Below, piece after piece: positions 43,890 to 55,900 of a stretch of DNA of 64,000 nt (within the stretch, counting starts at the first letter, position 1; every line of letters begins with the position of its first letter). The DNA is taken from assembly GCF_009914755.1 (NCBI RefSeq), contig NC_060929.1. The stretch is one strand, 5' to 3'. The notes beneath the pieces were generated by a model. That model worked only from the letters and a program-made list of their open reading frames with translations, was not told where the DNA came from and searched no databases. Both the position numbers and the translations under genes were made by a program. The stretch comes from the human T2T-CHM13v2.0 reference genome, Homo sapiens.

Positions 43890-44752
43890 CTTAAATTGTA
43901 GGATGCATTGCTGGTGAGATGACAGACACCTGTCAGTGTCCAGGGGTTTGCTTTTGGAAATGAACATTAAATGGTATTAAACTATGTAGTAAGAAAGTTA
44001 TTCCTTTTTCAGTTCTCAATCACCCTTTCTGATTTCTTCAAAGAGCAAGTCTTCCTGTGGTGCTAACATGTCCTCACCACCTCAACACTTGCTAAACTTC
44101 CTTACCGTAAAGAGAGAACAGACCTCAACCTCAGGCATGGCGCCTTGAACAAGAACATGTATTTAACTAGATTTTAATATCACAGTTTAGTTTTCCCTCC
44201 TCATATTTTCATGATTTTTGTTTTTAGGTGTTTTTTTTTTTTTTTTTTTTTTTTTGACAGGGTCTCTCTTTGTTGCCCAGGCTGGAGTGCAGTGACACAA
44301 TCATGGCTCACGGCAGCCTCGACCTCCCAGGAGCTCAAGCAATCCTCCCACTTCAGCCCCCTTTGAGTAGCTGGGACTTACAGGAACACACCACCACACT
44401 TGGCTAACTTCTTAATTTTTGTAGACACAGGATCTTACTATGTTGCCTAGGCTGGTCTTGAACTCCTGGCTCAAGCATTCCTCCCACCTCAGCCTTCCAA
44501 AGCTCTGGGGTTACAGGCATGAACCACCGTGCCCAGCCTGCTCATGTGTTTTTGTGGTAAACTCCTTAATGACCAATGGTAATGCCTTCCCATTAACAGC
44601 AGTTATATAAAGTTTCATTTCTATGCAAATTTATCTATGTAAAAAAAGAGCCATTTTAAAGAAAATGTTAAATAAATAATAGTCAAGTGATATGTGAATT
44701 TGGCAAAATTTGTGAATGTGATATGAATATGTTTGAAGCTTGGGAGCACATG
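43890..44752. mobile_element. MER113-like hAT-Charlie element split by AluJ
   Basis: AAATAATAGTCAAGTGATATGTGAATTTGGCAAAATTTGTGAA..GAAGCTTGGGAGCAC terminus; left boundary approximate. Confidence 0.6.
44231..44538 (-). mobile_element. AluJ
   Basis: CAATCATGGCTCACGGCAGCCTCGACCTCC; long T tail. Confidence 0.92.
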
Positions 44753-45245
44753 TGGAATGCTTAGGCAAGACCTAATATGTTTGTTTCCAAGATAGTTAAT
44801 CCTTTTTCTATGTTGCTTCGTTTCATCCCTCACCATCCTTAAACAATTCTTACAAAGAAACATTGGAAATAAAGGAAGGAAATTGGAACTTTCAGCAGCC
44901 ATTTTAACTTTCACTGATAAACCCATTCGCTGGGAGAATGTAGGCACTGGAATCCCACTTAAATCTTCTAAACTTTTCAAACATTAAAAATTGACAGCAT
45001 TGACTGAGCTAAAGAGATAATCTCCTCCCCAAGAGTCCAGTTTGTGTTATTAACCTTGGAAAGGGACACACACATGCAATATATCAACCTTGGGCAGAAT
45101 GGACTTCAACATGTGGATGAAATTCATCTTGTTCTGTTCTCTAGGGACCACGTGAATTTGTGAACAATTACAATTTTGAAGAAATTGTGGGCAAGCTAAT
45201 CCCCTGTGATCACAGCATTTTCTCACCCATGTTTCTCTTCTCCCT

Positions 45246-45290
45246 GTCTCTCTCTCTCTCTTCCTCTTTCTCTCTCTCTCTCTCTCTCTC
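45246..45290. repeat. (TC)n microsatellite
   Basis: Direct reading. Confidence 0.9.
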
Positions 45291-46441
45291 AGTGGGGAAT
45301 GGAGTAGAAAAATATTTTCAAAGAATTGGGTTGGAATGAGAAGCATGGAAAATTTGTTGGTAGGTTTTTAAAATACTGTTTCTGAAAATTTATGGATGAG
45401 CTCAATTTAGAAAAAGTGAGGAAATTACATGATGACATTCAGGCAGCTTGTGAGCCTATTTTTTTCCATATAATGTTGTGCTGAATAAAATCACAAAGTA
45501 ATGATTTCCACTTGTTAATAAATAATTCTTGCTTGAAGTGAGGAAGTCTTTAAGAAGGAGAAGAAATAATCATAATCATAATAAAAGCCAGTAGGATCAT
45601 CTTCATTCCTTTTAAATATGTTCAACTCCAACCTTGGAAAAGTTAACTAAACCTCATCTCAACATCAAATGCTGCCTCTCCTATGGGTTTCTTTTTTTTA
45701 ATTGGTGTATCTTTTTTCCTACAGTCTTCGAGCCTGTGTTTATATAATTATTGTCGCAAATGTAGGTATTTGACACTTTAATAACATATTACTGCACTTT
45801 AAGGAAAACACGCCCTTCTGCACGATTCTTCTTGCCTGGGTGTAGGGCTCTTCTTTGGAGCAGATGTTCGTTGCTGTTACGAAAGGGCCTTAGAATGCTG
45901 GATTCAGATGAAGCTGGGAGGCGAGCGCCAATTATGTCATATGGTGTCAGTGCCCAGTTACAACCCTCACACAACCATCTTTTTTATTATTTTTAATGTT
46001 TTGGCTTTAATTATTCCCATGTATACTTCAGGGCACTCTTTATGGAAAGCCGGGATTTGAGTTACTATTATGTTCTTCACCTAAACAGGACAAGGAATGT
46101 TTTCATGGTCTGATTTTTAAAAGAGTGTTGGGAATGTCTTGCAACAAACAAAAACCCAAACCTGCCCTATAGCCTGGTCACTGAGGGCTGATATTGTATT
46201 TTTTATGTCTAGTATGCCAGGTTTCAAATAAATTTGTGTCAAATGAACTAATTGAGTAAATAAACCAACAACACTTTTCTATTTTTTTAGTCAGCTTAAT
46301 GATACACCTTCCCTATTTCTTCCATTCTTGAAGACTGGAACTATTCATATTCACATGACATGGAAAAATGAAATATGCCTGGTTCACTCAAAGCAGGGTT
46401 GTTTAATCTTTAGCTCCTAGCCCCATGTTCTTCACACAACA

Positions 46442-48198
46442 TTCTTTCTTTATTTTTATTATACTTTAAGTTCTGGGATATATGTGCACAACATGCCGGT
46501 TTGTTATACAGGTATACACGTGCCATGGTGGTTCGCTGCACCCATCAACCCATCATCTACATTAGGTATTCCTCCCAATGCTATCCCTCCCCTAGCCCCC
46601 CTACTCCCCGACAGGCTCTGATGTTTGATGCTCCCCTCCCTGTGTCCATGTGTTCTTATTGTTCAGCTCCCACTTATGAGTGAGAACATGCGATGTTTGG
46701 TTTTCTGTTCCTGTGTTAGTCTGCTGAGAATGATGGTTTCCAGCTTCATCCATGTCCCTGCAAAGGATATGAACTCATCTTTTTTATGGCTGCATAGTAT
46801 TCCATGGTATATATGTGCCACGTTTCCTTTATCTGGTCTATCATTGATGGGCATTTGGGTCAGTTCCAAGTCTTTGCTATTGTGAACAGTACTGCAATAA
46901 ACATACATGTGCATGTGTCTTTATAGCAGAATGATTTATAATCCTTTGGGTATATACCCAGTAATGGGATTGCCAGGTCAAATGGTATTCCTGGTTCTAG
47001 ATCCTTGAGGAATCACCACACTGTCTTCCACAATGAACTAATTTACACTCCCACCAACAGTGTAAAAGTGTTCCTATTTCTCCACATTCTCTCCAGCACC
47101 TGTTTTTTCCTGACTTTTTAATGATCGCCATTCTAACTGGCATGAGATCATATCTCACTGTGGTTTTGATTTGCATTTTTCTAATGACCAGTGATGATGA
47201 GCTTTTTTTCATATGTTTGTTGGCTGCATAAATGTCTTCTTTTATATGACAGAAGTGTCTGTTCATATCTTTTGCCCACTTTTTGATGGGGTTGTCGGTT
47301 TTTTCTTATAAATTTGTTTGAGTTCTTTGTAAATTCTGGATATTAGCCCTTTGTCAGATGGATAGATTGCAAAATTTTTTTCCCATTCTGTAGGTTGCCT
47401 GTGCACTCTGGTGATGGTTTCTTTTGCTGTGCAGAAGCTCTTTAGTTTAATTAGATCCCATTTGTCAATTGTGGCTTTTGTTGCCATTGCTTTTGGTGTT
47501 TTAGTCATGAAGTCTTTGCCCATGCTTATGTCCTGAATGGTATTGCTAGGTTTTCTTCTAGGGTTTTTATGGTTTCAGGTCTTACATTTACTTCTTTAAT
47601 CCATCTTGAGTTAATTTTTGCATAAGTGTAAGGAAGGGGTCCAGTTTCTGTTTTCTGCCTATGGCTAGCCAGTTTTCCCAACACCATTTATTAAATAGGG
47701 AATCCTTTCCCCATTGCTTATTTTTGTCAGGTTTATCAAAGATCAGATGGTTATAGATGTATGTCGTTATTTCTGAGGCCTCTGTTCTGTTCCATTGGTC
47801 TATATATCTGTTTTGGTACCACTACCTTGCTGTTTTGGGTACTGTAGCCTTGAAGTATAGTTTGAATTCAGGTAGCATGATTCCTCCAGCTTTGTTCTTT
47901 TTGCTTAGGATTGTCTTGGCTATACAGACTCTTTTTTGGTTCCACAATATTGATTCTTCCTATCCATGAGCATGGAATGTTTTTCAATTTGTTTGCAACC
48001 TCTCTTATTTCCTTGAGCAGTGGTTTGTAGTTCTCCTTGAAGAGGTCCTTCACATCCCTTGTAAGTTGTATTCCTAGGTATTTTATTCTCTTTGTAGCAA
48101 TTGTGAATGGGACTTCACTTATGATTTGGCTCTCTATTTGTCTATTATTGGTATATAGGAGTGCTTGTGATTTTTGCACATTGATTTTGTATCCTGAG
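46442..48198 (-). mobile_element. 5'-truncated L1PA7-like LINE-1 (3'UTR plus disrupted C-terminal ORF2)
   Basis: 3'UTR TTATACTTTAAGTTCTGGGATA..CACCCATCAACCC; ORF fragments [62 protein letters not shown] match L1 ORF2p; frameshifted. Confidence 0.96.
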
Positions 48199-48254
48199 CG
48201 AATTGAATCTTTCCCATAATTAATAGCACTAATTGAGTCCTACCCACAATCCAA

Positions 48255-48360
48255 GAGTATATGGCTCTCCCCATTTAAAGATGAGGAAGCTGAGGCTCAG
48301 AGCAGTTAAGTAGTCCAGGGTCACACAGTTGATAAGTTGCAAAGCAAGGATTTAGCTCCA
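48255..48360 (-). mobile_element. MIR SINE
   Basis: CCCATTTAAAGATGAGGAAGCTGAGGCTCAGAG..GGTCACACAG. Confidence 0.8.
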
Positions 48361-48921
48361 AAGACTTTGTTCTATAAAATGCTGGATGAGGGACTTGTTG
48401 CAGAGGCATGGGTTTCATGAGTCAGTGATGTCATTCGACCCCTGACCTAGAGTTGTTCAATATGAAAACCAATGCTTCAAGGGAGTTGTACTAGACAACC
48501 TCATCCAGAAGGAATTTTTGCTCTTTTCAGTCTAGGTACATTCCCCTAGTCCATCTGATTTGGCTTTCTGCTGAAACCTGGGCAACTGTTTGGTATATAA
48601 CAATCGGTACTTTTCCACTAAGAGTCGGCCCTACGTCCTAACAGGAGAGGCACAAGCTGGACTGCCCTGCTTTGGACAACACAAAATATTGGGTCAGATG
48701 AGGCTGGCCAGCAAAGCCCAGCTTTTCAGGGGACTGGGAGGCAAGGCAACCCCAAGTCTCTGGCTCAAATGGGAGACTTCCTAAGCTTCTCAAAAGGCCT
48801 CTCCTTGAAAACCCATGCATCTACTCCTCCTAAAAAGCTGCAGGGAATGCTGGCAGGGCATCTAAATAGGGAAATGGAATCAAAGGATCAAAGGAGAAAT
48901 GGCACAGGGTAGAAGGGAAAT

Positions 48922-48975
48922 ACACACACATACACGCGCACACACACACACACACACACAGAGACACACATACAT
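48922..48975. repeat. (CA)n microsatellite
   Basis: Direct reading. Confidence 0.93.
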
Positions 48976-49489
48976 TCCACAAAGTAAGGAGTCTCTCCTG
49001 GAACACTGGCCTGGAAATGAAGCAGTCAAAAAAGAGGAGGCAGCACTGACCCTCATAGTGTCCCAGAGGGGCTGTGGGCTGTGGATGATTCCTTAAATTC
49101 CACGTTAAATTGCCAGGCCACTCACCTGTATCCTGGGTCTTAGAAAAACTGTGATTTCTGAGGAGCCACCAGAATCTTCTTGGGCCCCTGAGAAAAATGA
49201 TAAAGGAAGCTGTGGGGTCTTGGAAAAGGCCTCTGATCACCAGGACTGAGATTTTTTTTTTTTTTTCAGAAGAGAGAAGTAGATACCGATTGTTTCCCCC
49301 AGATAATCATTACCATCATTATAATTCACACTGAGCCTTCTTAGCAGTGATCAGCTAATTAGATAGCACTAACAGATCATTCTGTGCCAGGTAGTATGCT
49401 CAGCACCTTCCAAACATTAAATCCCAAAGACTCTAAAATGTAAGTTCTAAGGTTGTGTTAATTTTGCAAAGAATTTTTGAGGTCTAGGG

Positions 49490-49780
49490 CTGCCTGTGGC
49501 TTTGAGCTCCTGACATGTGCTGTGCGTGTTAATACGAACAGGTGTTCAAAGACTTAGTACAAAAAGGAAAAAAATGCAAAATAGTTTATTAGCAAATTTT
49601 AATGATTACTTGTTCAAATGATATTTTAAATATGTCAGATTAAACAAATATACTATTAAAATTAATTTTATCTTTTTTATGTTTTTGTTTTACTTTGTCT
49701 AATGTGGCTACTAGACCATTTTAAATTACATACGTGCCTCAGTGTGTGGCTTACACTTTATTTCTGTTCAATAGAGTGGC
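49490..49780. mobile_element. MER33-like hAT-Charlie element
   Basis: CAAAGACTTAGTACAAAAA; AATGTGGCTACTAGACCATTTTAAATTACATACGTG. Confidence 0.8.
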
Positions 49781-49789
49781 AGTCTAGAA

Positions 49790-49960
49790 CAGAGTTCAGT
49801 AAACTACAGCCCTCAGGCCAAATGCAGCCCACAGCCTGGTTTTGTACAGCTTATAAGCTAATAAATGACAGAATGATTTTTACATTTTTAAAGGGTTGTA
49901 AATTTCTTTTAGTGTGAGAGAGACTGTTTGTGGCTTGCAAAACCCAAAAATATTTGCAAT
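49790..49960 (+). mobile_element. MER58B/C-like hAT-Charlie element
   Basis: AAACTACAGCCCTCAGGCCAAATGCAGCCC..TTTTACATTTTTAAAGGGTTGTAAA. Confidence 0.75.
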
Positions 49961-50074
49961 ATTGACCAGGGGTCAGTCCTGTAAAGGTTCAGATGATTAA
50001 GTGGCAGAGCAGGCCTCAACAAACCCAGGACCACCAACCCCAAAGTCTATGCTTTTTTCACTATGAATATCAGC

Positions 50075-50370
50075 TGTCATACTGGGTGCTGGACATTGCA
50101 TGGAACCTTTATATACATTGTCTCATTTAATCCGGAGATTAAATAATGTTAATTACTAACATTTATTAATAATGCTATTATGATGCTACATAAGATTAAT
50201 GATGTTATTATGTCCAATTTAAAGATAAGCAAGCTGAACTTTAGCTTATACAAAGCTATACAATAGCTTATGCAATTTGCTTATACAAAGCTAAATTGTA
50301 GAGATTTACTAATTTTTCTTAAGTCACATAGCCAGTAAATAATAGGACTGGGATTTGAATCCACTTCTTC
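50075..50370 (-). mobile_element. MIR SINE with a ~55-bp patchwork insert
   Basis: CATTGTCTCATTTAATCC..AAGTCACATAGCCAGTAAAT..CTGGGATTTGAATCC. Confidence 0.75.
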
Positions 50371-50521
50371 CTGAAAGGTACAACCGCAGGCCCTTGATAC
50401 CTCCTGCTTCTGAATCCCTATTACGTTGAGGCAGGGCCAGCCTCTTCATTGATGAGCACTGAGTTATCTACTCTTGAGTCTTTATCTGAGGTGTTGTGAT
50501 CTTTCCAGGTATAATCCAATC

Positions 50522-50902
50522 CAGGAATCTGAAAACTATTGCCCACAGGCCAAATTTGCTCCCACAGACCTAATTTGCTCAGTTGGGTCAAAATGTTGGC
50601 CTCAGTATAGCTTAAGAAAGAACTTGGCAAGCAATTGTACCTGAAACAAAGGTGGTAGTTCCAGGATATTTTGGGTAGATTCATGGCAAAAACTGTTCCA
50701 TAAGGCGGCCACATGACATTTCCAAATGATATAATAATAGCTATCATCACTGAACACAACCCTGTTCTTTTGTTACATATTGTCTATGGGTGCTTTTGTG
50801 TTACAACGGCAGAGTTGACTAATTGCAGCAGAGACCACCAATCCCACACAGCCAAAAATACTTACTATCTGAGCCTTTACAGAGAAAGTTTGCTGACTTC
50901 TA
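50522..50902 (+). mobile_element. MER58A interrupted by a captured local sequence
   Basis: Left arm CAGGAATCTGAAAACTATTGCCCACAGGCCAAAT; right part GAACACAAC..TTACATATTGTCTATGG..ACAACGGCAGAGTTGA..CCTTTACAGAGAAAGTTTGCTGAC. Confidence 0.88.
50592..50753 (+). repeat. ~160-bp non-tandem duplication of 51415-51573
   Basis: Colinear match (TTGGCAAGCAATTGTA, CATAAGGCGGCCA); about 80% identity by hand count. Confidence 0.95.
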
Positions 50903-51414
50903 ATCTACTTTGTTCAGGACAGGGATCACATTGACCCCTTCTATACAAGCAGTGCCCACTACAGTGTGGAGTTAGTGAGGGCCCAATAAGCATGGAGTGG
51001 TTGGGTGAGTGGTTGACCCGTGGGTTGGAGAGGAGAATCAGGAGGGCTCATGCCCTCTCTTCCTTGTACAGAGATCCCTTAGAACACATGCAGCACACAC
51101 ACCTCAGATGCTGCCATCTCTTTAAGAGCTGATGTTGGGATTCTCCCTGATTCTTTCCCACTTCCTTCCCCAGTAGTTACTTGACCAGGAACACGTGGAT
51201 TACATTTCACTTAAAAACACAGAGGGAATTTCAAATTAGCAGGAAACATGTTTGGCAAAAACTAAAATACTTTGCAAACCATCTGGGATGTTCTCTTGTT
51301 AGTACTGGAGCTGAGTGCCACTGTCCTCCATGGAGAAATGATTTTTTACAAAATCCACATTAGTTCCAAGACAAAAGGACTCTGCACACTTAAGCAAGAC
51401 CAACGGGAGTGAAT

Positions 51415-51573
51415 AATGTTGGCCTCACTATGTCTTGAGAAAGGAATTGGCAAGCAATTGTATGTAAAACGAAGGTGGGAGTTCAAGGACATTTTGGAGA
51501 GACTCACAGCAAGAACTATTGCATAAGGCGGCCATGTACCATTTCCAAATTATATAATAGTTACCATTACTGA
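51415..51573 (+). repeat. Donor copy of 50592-50753
   Basis: Colinear match; runs continuously into the downstream MIR. Confidence 0.95.
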
Positions 51574-51810
51574 GTATTTCCCATGTTCTAGCACAAGCAC
51601 CTTACACCTTTACCACAAGTAATCCTCCCAACAACCACATGAAATAGGTCCTATTATTGTCCACATTCCAATTAAAGGAAACTAACAATTAGCTTAAATA
51701 ATTTTCCCCCAGGCCACACAGCTGGTAAGTGTTAGAGGCAGGGCTCAAACCCAGATCCAGGACTAGCTAACTCCGGGCTCTGTGCCTCCTACCATTATTC
51801 TACACTGGAC
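51553..51810 (-). mobile_element. MIR SINE
   Basis: ATAATAGTTACCATTACTGAGT..AGGCCACACAGCTGGTAAGT..CTCAAACCCAG. Confidence 0.85.
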
Positions 51811-53339
51811 TCCCCATAAGTTTCCCTGTGGCATTAGTTATGTTTCCCATGCCCTTTGAGTACAGCAGTGCTGGGCATACGGTAAGCATGCAATAATTAC
51901 TTATTTCCTCATTCATGTATTTAAAAATATGTATCAAAACTTACTATATGCTAGGCACCATGACAGGTGATAGGGATTCAATGGTGATGTAAGACTGGTG
52001 GACTTAAATTAATTTTTTAAAGGCATCATGGGATTTTGTATCGGCTATCTCTGTATCTAGAAGATGTCAGACTCATGGAAGTTTTGTCCATTTTATTCCC
52101 TTTGCTTATCCATTCTTTCTTGTTTACAGAAAGACTTAATTTTCTGTCTCATATCTCTGTCCTTCTTGCCCCACTATTTTTCCCCCTTCTCCAAAAATCC
52201 CAGCCCCAAAAACAGTCTACATATTGTGAAAAAGATTTCTCAAACCACAAGGGTGATGTAACTTTAGGCCTGTGTTTTCTCTCTCACACACACAAAATAT
52301 TGGATATGAGTGAGATTTTAAAAAATTGGTTTTTAAATGTGATGAAAAGAGTGTCCTTTTCACCAGAACAAAACAACCCTTAATGCTGAAGCCTCCTTCC
52401 CGATATGGTTGGCTTCCAAATATGAAGAAATCTGTGCATTGGGCCACAGGCTCCAGACAAAGTCTGAGGACAAAGGAAACCTGTGGACTGGAAAGATCAT
52501 CGATGTTTAGAATGAACTGGAGGCTCCCTCCAGGTTTTGGAGACTGTGGTTAAAGACATGGCCTATATTTCAATGGGCAGCAGCCCAGCAAGGCTCGTTT
52601 GTAATCCAGCTGATACGACAGGGTTTTTGCCATGGGAAGTGTTTGCATTTGAGCATTTCTCAGCCAGTCACTAGCCATCAATTACTTAGGAGTCAGATCT
52701 TGGCCAGAGGCCCCCGTTCCACAAAGTATGTCATTCTGTATTCACAGAAATGGAGTTTACAGTCCTGCCGCTAAATTAAAACTGGTGCTTCCAAATTAAA
52801 AGCAGACAGGACAGATGTGCAGGGAAGAAACGGAGACTCACATCTTTTGTGAATCAGCTAATCCTTGTGCCAGAACTTGAAATCAGCTTTTCCTGTAGAG
52901 GCCTCGACTACACCACACCTATGTAAGCTGCATTAAATGAGGTGGAATTAACATTTTACCAGATATTTCCTCTGCTCTGCCATCTGGACAAGGATAAAGA
53001 GCTCGGTGAAGCCCAGAATCCCAAAAACTGTGCAACATGAGAACATGGGGCCAGCACCTGAGGGTGGCCACATCTAGCCTGTCCCCTCATTGAGCAATAT
53101 GAAGTCATGTAGGACACCAGAGGGTGGATGAAAAGCATGTGAACCAAGTATGCTGCTTCTAACGATTAACGGTTCAAGCACAATCTCAAAACTCCAGTGT
53201 CTGCACTCCTCTAGGGAAAATGATAAAAAATACGATTTTCACTATTCTGCCTGCTCCGTTAATCACCTCATGATATAAATATTAGCTTTATTTTATAGGG
53301 CATTTATGATATTAAATTTGAAAACCTCAAATATGATCT

Positions 53340-54430
53340 GGCAAATTCATGCTTAAAAACCTTCAGTGGCTTCTCATAGCCCTCACGATTAAGAGCAGCT
53401 TCCTTGATTGGGTCACTAAAGCCTGCAGGGTCTGGTTTCCACCTCATGTAACACTACTTCTCTCCTCTACTCTGTGCTGCAGACACATTGACTTTCTTTC
53501 CATTTCTCCTGCACACCATATTCTCTTCCACTTCAAGTTGTTCCTTCTGCTGCAAAGCTTTTCCAGCCATCCTCTTTTATAACCTCATTATTAAGAAAAA
53601 AATTCACATACACACAATTCACCCACTTAAAGTGGACTATTCAGTGGTTTCAAGCATATTCATAGAGTGGTGCAAGCATCATTACATCTATTTCAAAACG
53701 TTTTTATCACCCTTTAAAAAACCCTTTTACCTATAAGCTTTCACTTTCCATTTTCCCTCAACCCTAGGAAATCATTAATCTACTTTGCATCTCTCTTCTG
53801 TCTCCTATTGCAGACATTCAAACAAATAGGATTATCCAATATGTCGTATTTTGTTTATGACTTCTTTTACTTATCATAATGTTTTCAAGGTTCATCCATG
53901 TTGTACCGTGGATCAGTGTTTTTTTCTTAGTCATCACGTAATATCCTATTGTATGGATATACCACATTTAGTTTATCCATTCACAAGTTGATGGACATTT
54001 GAGTTACTTTCATTTTTTGACTATTATGAACAATGCCGCTATGGGCATTCATGTACAAGCTTTTGTATGGATGTATGTGTTTATTTATCTTGGGTTTATA
54101 CCTAAAGATAGAACTGCTAGGTGATAAGGAAACTATGTTTAACATGTTGAGGCAACCACCATAATTTTAACTAATGTTAACTACCACTCATGCTTTGAGT
54201 TTCAACTGAAATGTAACTTCCTCACAAATGCATCCCTGTCCCTTCCACTTCCTCCTAAGGTCTCCTGCTAAATGTCTCTCATACATACTGTACCTTTTCT
54301 TCATTGTCTTAGCCTAGTTGGTTGGTATGTATTTAGGTACATAATGATTTTATATATGTCTGTCTCTCCTCTTAGACTATAAGTTAGATGGCCCTTTAGC
54401 TCATGGCTATATCCCCAAAACTCTTACTAA
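53340..54430 (+). mobile_element. L2 fragments (~53340-53580 and ~54180-54430) flanking an L1MB insertion
   Basis: GCTTAAAAACCTTCAGTGGCTTCTCATAGCCCTCA; TGTCTGTCTCTCCTCTTAGACTATAAG. Confidence 0.7.
53588..54160 (-). mobile_element. L1MB-type 3' end
   Basis: AATTCACCCACTTAAAGTG..TCAAGGTTCATCCATGTTGTA..GTTGATGGACATTTG. Confidence 0.88.
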
Positions 54431-54436
54431 GGCACT

Positions 54437-54565
54437 GTGTCAGCCAGTCTTCAAAATGCCCTCCAAGGATTCCACCTCCTGGCATTCATGCTTTTATGTA
54501 TACCTTCCCCTGGGTGCAAACTTGTCTCAGTGATGGACAAATAAAATAGGAGCTTGGAGACTAGG

Positions 54566-54617
<52 letters not shown>

Positions 54618-54938
54618 TTGCTTTAGGGGAAACCAGTGGTTAATTCATACTGACACTGTATAGAGAGCCCCATTTGGCAAGAAGCTAAGATCTTTTGCCA
54701 ATAGCCATGTGAATGAACCATCTTGGAAGTAGTTCCATCAGCCCCAGTCAAGCTTTCAGATGACTGCAGCCAGAGTCCACATATTAATGGCAACCTCTTT
54801 AGGGATCCTAAGGCAAAACCATCCAGCTAATTCCTTGAATTCATGACCCATAGGAATTGTGGGATAATAAATGTCTGTTGTTTTAAGTTATTAAATTTCG
54901 AGGGTAGTTTGTTATACAGTAATAGAAAATGAGCATAG
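54437..54938 (+). mobile_element. MLT1E/F MaLR LTR with an internal (TC)n at 54568-54616
   Basis: CAGCCCCAGTCAAGCTTTCAGATGACTGCAGCC; GTTTGTTATACAGTAATAGA. Confidence 0.85.
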
Positions 54939-55067
54939 TTATGCTGCCTGGAACATAATAGAAGCTAAGTAAGTGATGAATGAATAAGTAAAGGAATAAA
55001 CACCCTAGGCTTCTCAGAAATAAAGAGAGTAAAGGCTACACTTATGAACACTTCCTAGATGTTAACT

Positions 55068-55454
55068 GTATGGGCTGAATGTTTATGTCCCCTGCCAAAT
55101 TTATATATTGAAGACCTAACCCCCAATATGATTGTACTTGGAAGTGGAGCCTTTGGGAAGTAAGATGGTTAACATTAAGTCATTATGGTGGGACTTTCAT
55201 GCAAGGATCAGTGCTCTTATAGGAAGAGGAAGACAGAGATCTCTCTCCCCGATGTGCATGCACTGAAGAAAGACCATGTGAGCACACAGCTGGAACGCAG
55301 GTATCTACAGCCGGAAAGCAGACTCTCACCAGGAACCAAATCTGACAGCAGCTTTATCTTGAACTTTCCAGCCTCTAGAACCATGAGAAATAAATGCTGC
55401 TTAAATCACCCAGTCTATGGTATTTTGTTATAGCAGTTCAAGGTAATTAATACA
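55068..55454 (+). mobile_element. MLT1A/B MaLR LTR
   Basis: TATGGGCTGAATGTTTATGTCCCC..CCAGCCTCTAGAACCATGAGAAATAAA..GTCTATGGTATTTTGTTATAGCAG..TAATACA. Confidence 0.9.
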
Positions 55455-55774
55455 GTGTTTATATCAGAATCTCATTTAGTGATCACATCAATCCTCAATG
55501 GTACAAACAATGACATGCATTTTACTGGTAAGGAAACTGAGGCCCAAAAAAATCTAGGAATCAAGAATCAGCCCATGTGGCTTTTGATGGGCTAAAGCAT
55601 GAAAAAAATCATACCATGCTCCCAGCTGGCAGTGAAGACAACTCACTCAACCACTCAATGTAACTTTCAGAAGTTCCAGGACCTGAAGCAAGATGCAAGA
55701 TGAAAGATCACTGAGATAGAACCTTACCATTTCATTTCCAACTTTATTGCTTAATTTAATTATTAATATATATT

Positions 55775-55900
55775 TTTAATTTTTTATTAAGGTGAAATTC
55801 ATATAACATTAAATTAATGCCTTTAAAGTGTACAATTCAGTAGCATTTAGTACATTCACAATGTTGTGTAACCATCATGCCTCATTAGTTCCAAAATATA
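55775..55900 (-). mobile_element. L1MB 3' end fragment
   Basis: TTTAAAGTGTACAATTCAGTAGCATTTAGTACATTCACAATGTTGTG. Confidence 0.8.

Noticed and set aside
46663-48179. L1 ORF2 peptides as a functional CDS
   Set aside because: Element is 5'-truncated, frameshifted and internally deleted.
52036-52383. 115-aa ORF with a hydrophobic N-terminal half
   Set aside because: Non-ATG start as called, hydrophobicity explained by T-rich composition, no recognised homology; would need Ribo-seq or PhyloCSF support.
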